This document shows, one piece after another, positions 10,101 through 18,827 of a stretch of DNA of 64,000 nucleotides (position 1 is its first letter; every line of letters begins with the position of its first letter). The position numbers were made by a program, and so were the translations under genes. Source of the stretch: a virus; IMG/VR virus record IMGVR_UViG_3300020190_000007, positions 64,001-128,000 of that record, one strand, 5' to 3'. The notes beneath the pieces were generated by a model. The model did not search any database, was not told where the DNA came from, and saw only the letters and a program-made list of their open reading frames with translations.

Positions 10101-12014
10101 TTGATATGTATATATTGGTTCGGGTCTACCCAAAAAAGTATTGTCTTGCCATCTCGCTTGGTTGTTTTCACTAATCTTTAAATCGTATGGTGGAAACCAC
10201 ATAACCCTACCCCCATTGTTACCTCTTTCACAAAATGGTAAATCATTGTATGTAAATCCTGGTGTATTTGATGTTCTCCATGCTAAGTTTTCAATTGAAA
10301 ACATATATTTTTTAGCATAAAATCCATCACCCGTTCCGACACCGTTTGGTGTTTCAAATATATTTGTTGAGTTTTTAGACCCAAATGAATTTTTAAAACT
10401 ATTTTTTGCATCATAGTTTCCGCTTGATATAGGTGCAATATTAATATTATACGGTCTACTATCACCACCCATTACACTATCATCGAACTTTCTAATATTA
10501 GCGGTTCTTTTCATTGTATCTGAATAGTTCATATAGGACCTATCTTTAGTCCAAACACGACAATATTCAGCTCCTGTTTCTTGTTTATACTTATCAACAA
10601 ACTTAATTGCGGAACCTCGTGACAACATACTATCACCCTCTTTAAAGATTCTACTGGTTTGGTCAATAACGTTACCAACATGTGTTCTTGTTGCTTGACC
10701 ATCTTTAGGCATTGAATCCAATATTTCTTGAGTTTTACCTAAAATTGAATCTTCTCTAAATCCGTATTTTGTTGAAATTGAATTGTTATAATCGTTACTT
10801 TCTCTTGATTGGAATTCCTCGTTCCATAATCCAATCTTATTCTTTGAGTTTTTACTAATCCACGTAAGTTTACCACTAATTGGTCCACCTTGGGAAATAT
10901 TTCTTTGTCTCTCAAATAAAGCGGCTTGTACCGGGTCAAACATTAAACTTAAGAAGTAACTACTTTTAACCATGTTGTCATTAAAATCTGACATAGTATA
11001 TTTTACGTCTTCCGCTCTATCGTCTCCAATATAAGCAACACCTTTTGGTGCTTCAAGTCCTAAAAAGTTTTTAATTCCACCGGCAACATTGTTTGCAAAA
11101 TTAAAAAGTTTTGATGATTGTTGTGACCTTGCTGTTGTTGTGTAATTTGGTGCGTATGTTGAATATGATAATTGGTCAAACAAAATTTGTTTCTGACCCT
11201 CACCTAAGTATTCAACCATTAAGTCAGATGGTTTTCTACCTAATTTTGGTCTTCTTTGAATACCAACTAAACTACCTAAAACACCTGTTACATCTTGTAA
11301 TATCGCACCCGCTTCGGTTTTTGGTGTCGGTCTATTTACAATAGGGTTTCTTGGGTTGCTTAAATAATCTCCTGGTATTTCACTAAATGGAAATTCAATA
11401 CCCGCAACCGTTTGGAGAAAATCTACACCTTTACCTAATAAACTTTTAGCAACAGTAATTTTATAGTTTTTTTCAATTAGAGGTTCTCTTCCTGTAACTA
11501 TGTTTATCGCTGTTGCGATGTTACCATCCAATGCGTCAAGTATTCTAGCCCTACCTAAAGTTGCTGATTCTAAATTTTGTTGTAGTCTGGCTAATACAGG
11601 ACCTTGTTTGTTTTCTCTAATATTTTGTGTAGCAAATTTCATTAACCTCGAATCGTCATCGAAGTTTTGACCCGCCATAATACTAACTAAATTAGTTGTT
11701 TGGGGTTCAAACGAATTAATATAACCCGCAGATAAAATACCACCATTTAGTTGTGATAAAGTTGGTAAAGACGTGTTTGTGTATTCCTCAATAGTGCTAT
11801 TTGGTGGAATATATAGGTTAATAAAATTTTGACCAAAGTATACCGACCAATTTGTTTTAACATCACCAGGGTCAACATTAGCAAAATTGTTTAGATTTTG
11901 AACAACGTAATTTGTATCAGTAAACGTTTGAGGTCCATTGGGTCTGTTTAGGGTTTTTGAAATTAAAAAATCTCTAAACGCTTTGGTAGTATTAAAATCT
12001 AAATATGTTGGCAT
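7167..12014 (-). CDS. Large baseplate/tail-tube initiator-like protein with an inserted OmpA-like domain
   Basis: FLGRPEPIYTYQDTSRSGQLSFKVVVD and PPPVCVLRIGDFYHSKIVIRDVNISYD are tube-initiator-like; YNERLSLRRSHSV...NYGET is OmpA-like; follows the TMP gene. Confidence 0.6.
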   Translation of the reverse strand: MPTYLDFNTTKAFRDFLISKTLNRPNGPQTFTDTNYVVQNLNNFANVDPGDVKTNWSVYFGQNFINLYIPPNSTIEEYTNTSLPTLSQLNGGILSAGYINSFEPQTTNLVSIMAGQNFDDDSRLMKFATQNIRENKQGPVLARLQQNLESATLGRARILDALDGNIATAINIVTGREPLIEKNYKITVAKSLLGKGVDFLQTVAGIEFPFSEIPGDYLSNPRNPIVNRPTPKTEAGAILQDVTGVLGSLVGIQRRPKLGRKPSDLMVEYLGEGQKQILFDQLSYSTYAPNYTTTARSQQSSKLFNFANNVAGGIKNFLGLEAPKGVAYIGDDRAEDVKYTMSDFNDNMVKSSYFLSLMFDPVQAALFERQRNISQGGPISGKLTWISKNSKNKIGLWNEEFQSRESNDYNNSISTKYGFREDSILGKTQEILDSMPKDGQATRTHVGNVIDQTSRIFKEGDSMLSRGSAIKFVDKYKQETGAEYCRVWTKDRSYMNYSDTMKRTANIRKFDDSVMGGDSRPYNINIAPISSGNYDAKNSFKNSFGSKNSTNIFETPNGVGTGDGFYAKKYMFSIENLAWRTSNTPGFTYNDLPFCERGNNGGRVMWFPPYDLKISENNQARWQDNTFLGRPEPIYTYQDTSRSGQLSFKVVVDHPSILNLLVRELFKGMSEEESENYINAFFAGCKELDFYELIRRFTQLDTNDIKLIQSLLNQGQDPETIKQYKVTTEYPTETTPTNTTTQGNEADSKPVDEVIIKLKYENDRPGPSLDLDTTKNYTELYDDYKGQKQAYIDELGAALNTLTGLSQTDTQVKTEKSFIFGDANHVITQSDIDAQKTKIGDYFDQADVSFNKYVSSLNSLISDISGKTAETIRFQILSSCSSVATNDYNERLSLRRSHSVIQDIFDRLSAVGGKKEWQIKWPENLNLVNKDNSENDKEIIQQGQPIVILKEYNTKDFGFEHDTKIIVESVNYGETLTGTQPDKDCVNKDFVRVPKLKQYSPIAFYCRQTAMSLKYNNKSEKKQPDTPTPQPPITKIEENGQVVVNPPTRKPAIDPLKRIIAKTLSECFYFKKLEETDPIVFSSLKEKLKYFHPAFHSTTPEGLNARLTFLQQCIRPGDTIPIKGISEESDVRARNTAFGPPPVCVLRIGDFYHSKIVIRDVNISYDDGGQILFDLNPEGIGVQPMIASVTLSINFIGGQGLSKPVERLQNALSSNFFANTEMYDERSIATNETIGGRNAEEFTREFLADLNKTYTNAINKNNQSQNTKNVKDGNYMGTLDGNSIKYTDIIKSVFTSTESYFDKYQDTYNKVYTKYGKDITALLFKGEYRPINQYDIYTSTSPTPGKTLSLLGLYKKTQELTVYTSGLKTGLANFLNDSSSTYLVNMVEFDKEMTGSILTDTNVKLKDFITKEIIENKINELTDSTQILDELEKSRNQLISDLDRVNFVIKNGKDSTVQDSIVKSVAISGFTSDLLYNEYSTCVDYIETNAPKLVDGLSTNITFLNPTIQSADFEFMMKQLLFDKVEAFISELKDPLLYKDHLKNQLKKRLNKFVEKPEEQKFKLTKFKKRKSDKEIKFGISSTTDETNQTIIDEANQIFSTSNEVTDKLNYYRPQ

Positions 12015-12042
12015 TTACATTATAAATAGAAACTTTTTAATT

Positions 12043-14004
12043 TTAATTAAATTGAGGTGGCAAGGTAAAAGATGTGTAATCTAATTGTGAAGGTGTAACC
12101 GTTTGACGCATTTCATTTACCACTGATGGACTTTTATACATTTCCCGAACAACCGCATCCAAAACAGGACCATTTGTTTTAAAGTTATGTTCGTGTTTAT
12201 AATTAACCACTGCGGCCGTTTGATTTGAGTTTTGATTATTGGTATTACCTTTTAATTTATTTTCCAAATCAGATTCACTTACACCCATACTTTTAGCAAC
12301 CAAAGCTTTAGCGGGTGCAACTGCTTCACTAACCATCTTAGAAAATAACTCTTCGTCCGTTTTTTGTAACCCACCTAAACTTGTTTTTTCTTTTAAATTT
12401 TCAGATAACTCTAACCCTTCAATGTATTTGTCAAATTCAGCTAAAGGTTGTCTTATTGTCGCGGCCGCTTGTACCTTAGCAACTGTTAATAATGCACTTA
12501 TGTCTTTTTGCATATTTTGGGTTGCGGTATATTGGTCTCTTGCAATATCTTCAACAGACATATCTTCAAAAGCTTTTTGGTTCTCTAATAAACCTTTTGC
12601 AATTGTTGGACTTAATTCATCTAATGCAACTTTAGTATCCTGCAATCCTAATTCTTTTGCCAAGGATTGAGGGATGTCAATAACCATTCTACCACCCTCC
12701 ATTTTAGAGATGTTGGTTAAGAACTCTTTTTCTTTTTCGTCAATTTGTAGACCTGATGATAACAACGCGGTTGCTGCTGACGACCTTTCCGCAGCTTTGA
12801 TTGCGGTTTTAGACATCTCTTCCATACTCATACCCATTTGGTCCGCTAATGCTTTAGATTTTCTAAGATTAGCTCCTGTGATTTCAAACCTACCTAATTC
12901 AGTATTATATGTGGCTAATGAACCTGCAACACCTATCATAGCATCTTGTAATCCACCAGCATCGTTGGTCGCCATATACATTAATTTTAATGGGTCATTA
13001 AAGTCACCAATAGCGCCTCCTATAGCTTGTAATTCAGCAGATAACGCAATTGCTTGGTCCGGGTCAAAAAGTTTTTCCGCCATTGTTTTAACCTTTTCAA
13101 TATTCATATTAAATTCAATAGACTTCTGAACCATTCTGGTTAATCCCTCAACACCATTTTTAAATCCAATGGTATTTAATTTGTCCATATTAGCACCAAC
13201 ATCCGCCACTACTTTTCTTGCATTTAAACCAAGAGTTAATGAACTTTTACCCGCTTTGTCAATTTCTTTGATTGCATCTTTTGCACCAATACCTATTTTG
13301 TCAAAACTATCTAACGCGGCACCCAATCTATATAAATCACCATAAAATGCTCTTGCTGTTTTTTGAGATTCTTGTAAAACATCTTTACCGAATGTTGTCA
13401 TCTTACCAGTTTGTTCAACCATTTGTACTGAATAATCTTTCACATCCTCAAAACTAAATCCCATGGCGGTTGCGGCTGGTAATGTTTCAAATATATTGTT
13501 TCTAAATTGTCTCGATAATTCACCGGTTAAACCAAGTTCAGAATTAATTTTATTTCTTAATTCCACTTCTTGTTTTTGTATTTTTTCCAATTCTTTACCG
13601 AGAAAAGACACCATTTCACTAGTTCCTTTAACACCTAATTGAACCATAAAATCAGGTAGATTTTTTGATTCTCTCGCTATTTTACCTATTGTTTCAGATA
13701 TGGTGCTAAATTGAAATACAGTATCTTTTTGTAATGATAATGATGAAACAGGATTTGAATACCCTAAGTCCGCAATGTCTTGTGTTTTTAGTAAGTCGGT
13801 TGCATAAGACGCTGTTTTACTACCCGCACCTCCTGTGTTCCCTCCGCTTGATGGTTCTTTTTGGTTATAAAATGACCAATAATCATCTACTTTACCCATT
13901 AAAGAACTATTATTCTGTACTGATTGCAATTTTAAGAACTCGTTTTTGAATTGAGTATAATTTAAACCTGCTCTTAGTTTGGATACCTCTTCATTAATTG
14001 TCAT
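12043..14004 (-). CDS. Tape measure protein
   Basis: 653-aa Ala/Gly/Leu-rich helical protein after tube and chaperone genes; KALADQMGMSMEEMSK-type repeats. Confidence 0.75.
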   Translation of the reverse strand: MTINEEVSKLRAGLNYTQFKNEFLKLQSVQNNSSLMGKVDDYWSFYNQKEPSSGGNTGGAGSKTASYATDLLKTQDIADLGYSNPVSSLSLQKDTVFQFSTISETIGKIARESKNLPDFMVQLGVKGTSEMVSFLGKELEKIQKQEVELRNKINSELGLTGELSRQFRNNIFETLPAATAMGFSFEDVKDYSVQMVEQTGKMTTFGKDVLQESQKTARAFYGDLYRLGAALDSFDKIGIGAKDAIKEIDKAGKSSLTLGLNARKVVADVGANMDKLNTIGFKNGVEGLTRMVQKSIEFNMNIEKVKTMAEKLFDPDQAIALSAELQAIGGAIGDFNDPLKLMYMATNDAGGLQDAMIGVAGSLATYNTELGRFEITGANLRKSKALADQMGMSMEEMSKTAIKAAERSSAATALLSSGLQIDEKEKEFLTNISKMEGGRMVIDIPQSLAKELGLQDTKVALDELSPTIAKGLLENQKAFEDMSVEDIARDQYTATQNMQKDISALLTVAKVQAAATIRQPLAEFDKYIEGLELSENLKEKTSLGGLQKTDEELFSKMVSEAVAPAKALVAKSMGVSESDLENKLKGNTNNQNSNQTAAVVNYKHEHNFKTNGPVLDAVVREMYKSPSVVNEMRQTVTPSQLDYTSFTLPPQFN

Positions 14005-14015
14005 ATCTATAAATA

Positions 14016-14159
14016 TTATTTAGGAGCGTTTTCTAATTCAATAATATACTCCACGTAATATCTACGTATGAAAACGGGCATGGTGATAATATCACCATAA
14101 CTAAAACCTCTTTTGATTAAAAATAAAATTTCATCTAACTGTCCTTTCTTATAAGCCAT
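14016..14159 (-). CDS. Small tail/baseplate assembly chaperone (gp51-like or frameshift extension of the upstream gene)
   Basis: MAYKKGQLDEILFLIKRGFSYGDIITMPVFIRRYYVEYI resembles gp51/GT-type segments; ATG at 14159 overlaps the upstream stop. Confidence 0.6.
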   Translation of the reverse strand: MAYKKGQLDEILFLIKRGFSYGDIITMPVFIRRYYVEYIIELENAPK

Positions 14160-14898
14160 AGAAAGGGCGAAAAAACTCAACCCCGAACCCAATTTCAACT
14201 TGGGTGTCTTCTCCTGACGGGGTTTTTACTGTTTTTGTTAAATCTAATCCTGGTTTATTTTCTTTTACAAATTTTTTGAAATCTTGGGAATCTTTGATTG
14301 GTAATCTTTCCACAAAATTGTGAATATTCATCATATCCTTGTTTCCTGCAACAGATTTAATCATCATTTCTAATTGTTTTGTCACGATAGGTGCAACACC
14401 TTGACCGTTCCAACTTCTTTTTAAATCATCAAGTTCTTTTTCTTGTTTTGGTGTTAAAAATTTAAATGTAATTTGAACTTTTGATTTTTCCATAAAATAT
14501 GGGTATTCACCATTCGAATCGCATTCTAAATTAAAATCTTTGAATTTTAATTCACTCATATCAACAGATACTTCAAATTCCTTTTCGGTTTTAGGGTCTG
14601 TTAAATAGAATTTATATTCAGGACCGAAAGCGGTGTTTCTTAAAAATATTAATACCGCTTGTCTATCTTCTTCAACAATATCTTCAATTTGAATATCTCT
14701 ATCCAAAATTTTTCTTTTTAATAATTCATCTATTACACCATTCGAGGCAATAAGATTTTGAGCTGATAATATATTTTCATCGGCGGCTGTTAAATACGCA
14801 ACCTTGAGTGATTTCTTTTTATTTTGATAGTGTATACCTCTTGAGGGTAGTTCAACAACATCATATGCAATTGTTGGGTCAACTCTAAATTCTTCCAT
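14149..14898 (-). CDS. T4 gp26-like baseplate hub assembly / tail assembly chaperone
   Basis: VELPSRG, YLTAADENIL, EDRQAVLIFLRNTAFG and the C-terminal FGVEFFRP; between tube and TMP genes. Confidence 0.75.
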   Translation of the reverse strand: MEEFRVDPTIAYDVVELPSRGIHYQNKKKSLKVAYLTAADENILSAQNLIASNGVIDELLKRKILDRDIQIEDIVEEDRQAVLIFLRNTAFGPEYKFYLTDPKTEKEFEVSVDMSELKFKDFNLECDSNGEYPYFMEKSKVQITFKFLTPKQEKELDDLKRSWNGQGVAPIVTKQLEMMIKSVAGNKDMMNIHNFVERLPIKDSQDFKKFVKENKPGLDLTKTVKTPSGEDTQVEIGFGVEFFRPFYGL

Positions 14899-14947
14899 AT
14901 TTTTTATTTTATAACTAGTATAGTTTACGAAAACTTTTAAAAAAAGT

Positions 14948-14983
14948 AAAGGTCTCCTTTTGAGAGACCTTTTATTGACAGAT
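14948..14983. terminator. Intrinsic terminator after the tail tube gene (possibly bidirectional)
   Basis: AAAGGTCTC-loop-GAGACCTTT inverted repeat with A/T tracts. Confidence 0.75.
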
Positions 14984-14997
14984 TTTTTATTATTTGA

Positions 14998-15486
14998 TTA
15001 GTAAACTAAAATACATCTATCCATTCTTAACGAACATGTGATAGATGCAATATCATCTCTTGAATAATCAAGTTCGTTAAAGTTTAAGTCGGTTATGAAA
15101 GAACCTTGAAGTATCCATTTTTCAACCACAACCCCCGTTGGGTCTAACATCTCTAATTCAATATCCTTTTTATAACCAGCTGCGTAACCCATACGACCTG
15201 TTACTGATTCGGCGTGTAGACGGAACCATTCCATCAACGCTTGTGACGCTGAAGGACCAATTGGGTCTTTGAAGGTTACTCTTATTTCACTCCATTCAAA
15301 TCTACCAGCAACATATGTTGAGGTGTTTATAAAAGGAATTGCAACTGAATTTATTTTTGCGCTTGGTCTTGCACTTGATGTTACATACCATTCATTTATT
15401 CCTAATGATGAAGGAAATCTAAGTATGAATCGGTTAACTCTTTTCGGTTCGTAAGGAACCGGCATTTTCATTAATAAATCTGCCAT
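14998..15486 (-). CDS. gp19: Tail tube protein (T4 gp19-like)
   Basis: YEPKRVNRF, SARPS, YVAGRFEW, GYAAGYKKDIELEMLDPTGVVVEKWIL; next to the sheath gene. Confidence 0.9.
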   Translation of the reverse strand: MADLLMKMPVPYEPKRVNRFILRFPSSLGINEWYVTSSARPSAKINSVAIPFINTSTYVAGRFEWSEIRVTFKDPIGPSASQALMEWFRLHAESVTGRMGYAAGYKKDIELEMLDPTGVVVEKWILQGSFITDLNFNELDYSRDDIASITCSLRMDRCILVY

Positions 15487-15609
15487 GTCAATATTTGTTT
15501 TTTATTTTTTTTATTTTTAATCTTTCTTATAAATATGTTGTATATGAAAAAACAAAAAAAATCTTCTCAATACTTGATTTTGTGAAAATTATTTCGTATT
15601 TTTTCCATA

Positions 15610-15726
15610 CTAGTACTAGATGCTAGTAAATTAAGAACTAGATTAAAGAAACTAGAATAACTAGAAAGAAATAAACTAGATAAAAATAAACTAGAACTAG
15701 AACTAGAATACTGGTGCATATACTGG
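15610..15726 (+). repeat. Irregular array of 10 CTAG cores (7 AACTAGA) plus 2 ACTGG variants
   Basis: CTAG at 15610, 15616, 15623, 15638, 15652, 15661, 15676, 15691, 15697 and 15703 in a non-coding gap. Confidence 0.9.
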
Positions 15727-15786
15727 GTAATTTATAATTTTATTTTTTTTATATTTAGTAGTTCCGTAGGTCACACTATATTATAA

Positions 15787-15802
15787 TGTTCCACGTGGAA
15801 CA
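15787..15802. promoter_or_regulatory. parS: parS-like palindrome TGTTCCACGTGGAACA
   Basis: Perfect 16-bp palindrome (18 bp with flanks) matching the chromosomal ParB/Spo0J site pattern TGTTNCACGTGNAACA. Confidence 0.75.
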
Positions 15803-15803
15803 T

Positions 15804-15833
15804 AAAATAGGGAGGGTTTCCCCTCCCCTTTTT
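15804..15833. terminator. Bidirectional intrinsic terminator after the sheath gene
   Basis: GGGAGGG-TTTC-CCCTCCC hairpin with T tracts on both strands. Confidence 0.8.
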
Positions 15834-15834
15834 A

Positions 15835-18690
15835 TTAGATATCATCAAATGATGCTCCTGTTGGTGTAATTATGAACTCAACATCTATGAATTCTAGAGC
15901 TCTTGTTGGTTTGATATAAATCTTACCTCTCAAAGTATTAGAGTCAATGTCTTCTGGGTCGTTGGAAACCGTAACACGGAATTCATATAAACCCCTTTCC
16001 CTTTTAATTGCATCTAATATTGGGTTAACCAATCTCAAGAATTCATTACGAACTTGTTCGTCATTTTGTTCGAATAACAATCTTACCGCTACTGCCGAAA
16101 TTAATTTTCTAGCCCTTAACAATAATCTTCTTACGTTAATTCTATCCAACGCCGATTCACGAATTTGAAGGGTTTTGTTACCCCATATAATTGTGCCGGT
16201 ATCTGCGTATGTTGCTATTGGGTTAATTCTAGCTTTGTATAGGTCATCTCTTTCATCTAAAGTTAATTTCTTAACCGCTTTAATTGAATTTACTAATCCT
16301 CTTGAATAACCCGCTACCGCAAACCAAGGGAAAGATACGTTATCGGTTAACGCAATATTTCTTAAAACTTCACCAGTTGGTGGTAGATATATTTGTACGG
16401 CGTTGTCTACGTCTCTAACTTGAATCCAAGGCCAATAAACAGCTGAATAATTACTATCAATCGACACACCGTCCAAAGCGTCTATTACTTCATCCGCAGT
16501 ACTGTAGTTTGGTGGTGAAATTACGTAAAGAGAATCCGCTCTATCGTCTTCAATCATATCAATTGCATATGACGTTAAAGAACTATTGTCATAGAAGTTA
16601 ATACCCGGTGTTGCAAAAATGTTTATATCAACTGATTCAGGATTTGAGAAGGTGTCAATACCTTGGGCGTAAGCGTAGTAATCAGAGTTTCCCGATACCG
16701 TGCTAAACACGCCTCCATTATTGGTATTACCACTTGTGTAAGTGTTTTTACCAAAGATGAATCCATCACCGTAGGTTCTCACATTTCTATAGATATCCCA
16801 ACCATCAAATCCTCCAGCAGCGGTAAAAGTGAACTTACGATAATTGATGTTTGTCAATACGTTACTAACTCCACCTGTTTGACCCTCTAAATCATACGAT
16901 GTAGTTAAGAAAGTTGTTCCTGTGATTGTAGACGCGTTTGTTGATAAGTGGAAACCCTTAGTCGTACCAGCCGCTGAAGTTCCTTTGAATTTAAATAAGT
17001 CCCTATCGTATGTTACTTTATTGGTTGGACTTGATAAACCAAAGTATGTTTTTCTCACTTTATCACCTGAAGATAAAACCGGTGTTCCATCTGCGAGATA
17101 AGATTCGGTATCACCAGCATTAAAGAATGTAGTTTTGTAAATCACAGAACCCAAAGTGTCTGAACCGAAAGTACTGTTATTCGGGAATCCTTTAAATCCG
17201 GCGGGATATGCGTCAACGGGGTGATTATCAGACATTAACAGCATAATGTATTTTGAACGTATTTCATATTCACCATCGGATGTACCAACCTTTTTAGCCA
17301 CATAATTAGGTAAATCTGGATTCATACTACATCTACTAAATTTTTCAAGTACGACAATATTATTGTCTGTATCGTTAAAATCTCTAACAATTAAGTCAAA
17401 GTCACCCGTGTCTATATTGATATTAATAATAGAAATTTTTACCTCAAAGTTCGCTGCGTCCCCGTCTGATATTGTAATTACATCAAATAAATCATTGACT
17501 TCACCACCTCTTACTTCAGAAACAACAGTTGGTGATATTGGAGTATCATAAGACGTTTTAAAGTCATTACCAACAGTTTCATAAGATTCTGTTAAGCTTA
17601 AACCTCTAATATATCCTTCTTCATAAGCTCTTAACAAATAATTTGGATAAGCTTCAAATACATAAATAGGAACGTCACCTTTTAATTTGTCATAAACATC
17701 TGTACCAAATACTTTTGTTACATATTTTGATGACGACGCATCCATACTACAAGTAAATGATTTTGCTCCGCTCGTTGAACCTGTAATATTCACTGTAAAT
17801 TCAGCTAAAGGATTTGTAGTAATTCCTGAACCTGTCACAATGAAATTAGCATTCCCCGTGGACTCTAAGTTTAAAGTTTGTTGGCTGTAAGAGCCTCTTG
17901 GTCTGAACGCTAAAACAACCTGATTATTATATGCCGTATTGAGTGTTGCGTTGTAGGTGAACTTAGTCACATCAAATCTACTTGCACCACTGTTGTATAC
18001 AAATAAGTAAGAATACACTTCAGAACCCGCGGAATTTACTAAAACATTATACCATTCCTTATTGTTATTATTATTTGCGTTATTTAAACCTGTTAGAGGA
18101 GAAAGTTCTTCAAGTGATGCGGTTTGACCAGAGGTTTGTGAAGTTGGTACTTCACCCATAACAAACCACTCTCCATGATTAGATGATGTGTTACCACTAA
18201 AGTTTGCCACAATATAATCTGTAATATAATTTCCATCTACAGATATTTTATCTGATAGTTCACTATAAATCGTACTTGCCGTGATTGTTGTGGTCTGTGC
18301 TGACATTGTTAAACCCGTGGTTGTACCACTAAGCGATTCCAATATAACACCAGCAATTGTCTTAACCCCGTAAGTTTTAACAGGTAAGTAACCCGTTAAA
18401 CCCAATATTTTTGTTACAAATAATTGGTTTGATTCTTCTAAATAAGATTTTGCAAAATAAGGTAATTCATATTTTGGGTTATTGTTGTTGTCTTTTAAGG
18501 GACTTGTTCCTCCAAAATATGACTTGAATTCGTCAAAATTAGTTATTAATAAAGGTTCAAAAGCGGGACCCTTTAAGGTTTCACCCACCAAACCTAATGT
18601 GCTGACACCAACACTTTGTGCCACGAATGTTAAGTCTTTTTCGGATGTGTATACACCCGGAGATACAAAAACTCTATTTGAATTTGCCAT
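15835..18690 (-). CDS. gp18: Contractile tail sheath protein (T4 gp18-like)
   Basis: SPGVYTSEKD, YSAVYWPW, PWFAVAGYSRG, INPI, WGNKTL, LDRINVRRLL, IKPTRALEFI. Confidence 0.95.
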   Translation of the reverse strand: MANSNRVFVSPGVYTSEKDLTFVAQSVGVSTLGLVGETLKGPAFEPLLITNFDEFKSYFGGTSPLKDNNNNPKYELPYFAKSYLEESNQLFVTKILGLTGYLPVKTYGVKTIAGVILESLSGTTTGLTMSAQTTTITASTIYSELSDKISVDGNYITDYIVANFSGNTSSNHGEWFVMGEVPTSQTSGQTASLEELSPLTGLNNANNNNNKEWYNVLVNSAGSEVYSYLFVYNSGASRFDVTKFTYNATLNTAYNNQVVLAFRPRGSYSQQTLNLESTGNANFIVTGSGITTNPLAEFTVNITGSTSGAKSFTCSMDASSSKYVTKVFGTDVYDKLKGDVPIYVFEAYPNYLLRAYEEGYIRGLSLTESYETVGNDFKTSYDTPISPTVVSEVRGGEVNDLFDVITISDGDAANFEVKISIININIDTGDFDLIVRDFNDTDNNIVVLEKFSRCSMNPDLPNYVAKKVGTSDGEYEIRSKYIMLLMSDNHPVDAYPAGFKGFPNNSTFGSDTLGSVIYKTTFFNAGDTESYLADGTPVLSSGDKVRKTYFGLSSPTNKVTYDRDLFKFKGTSAAGTTKGFHLSTNASTITGTTFLTTSYDLEGQTGGVSNVLTNINYRKFTFTAAGGFDGWDIYRNVRTYGDGFIFGKNTYTSGNTNNGGVFSTVSGNSDYYAYAQGIDTFSNPESVDINIFATPGINFYDNSSLTSYAIDMIEDDRADSLYVISPPNYSTADEVIDALDGVSIDSNYSAVYWPWIQVRDVDNAVQIYLPPTGEVLRNIALTDNVSFPWFAVAGYSRGLVNSIKAVKKLTLDERDDLYKARINPIATYADTGTIIWGNKTLQIRESALDRINVRRLLLRARKLISAVAVRLLFEQNDEQVRNEFLRLVNPILDAIKRERGLYEFRVTVSNDPEDIDSNTLRGKIYIKPTRALEFIDVEFIITPTGASFDDI

Positions 18691-18827
18691 TTTTAAATTG
18701 TTTGGTTAATTAATTTTATTTCTTTATCAATAAATATCTTTGTTTTTAGCAAAGATTCCCTTGATTTTTTTAAAAATGGTACTTATGGATACTAATTTAT
18801 ACTTTAATATCTATATTTATCTTTATC

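Noticed and set aside
15610-15726. CTAG array as a CRISPR array
   Set aside because: Repeats are only 4-7 bp with 0-11 bp low-complexity spacers, and no cas genes are present
15760-15775. AGTTCCGTAGGTCACA as a second parS
   Set aside because: Too many mismatches and not palindromic; could be a decayed copy but cannot be supported
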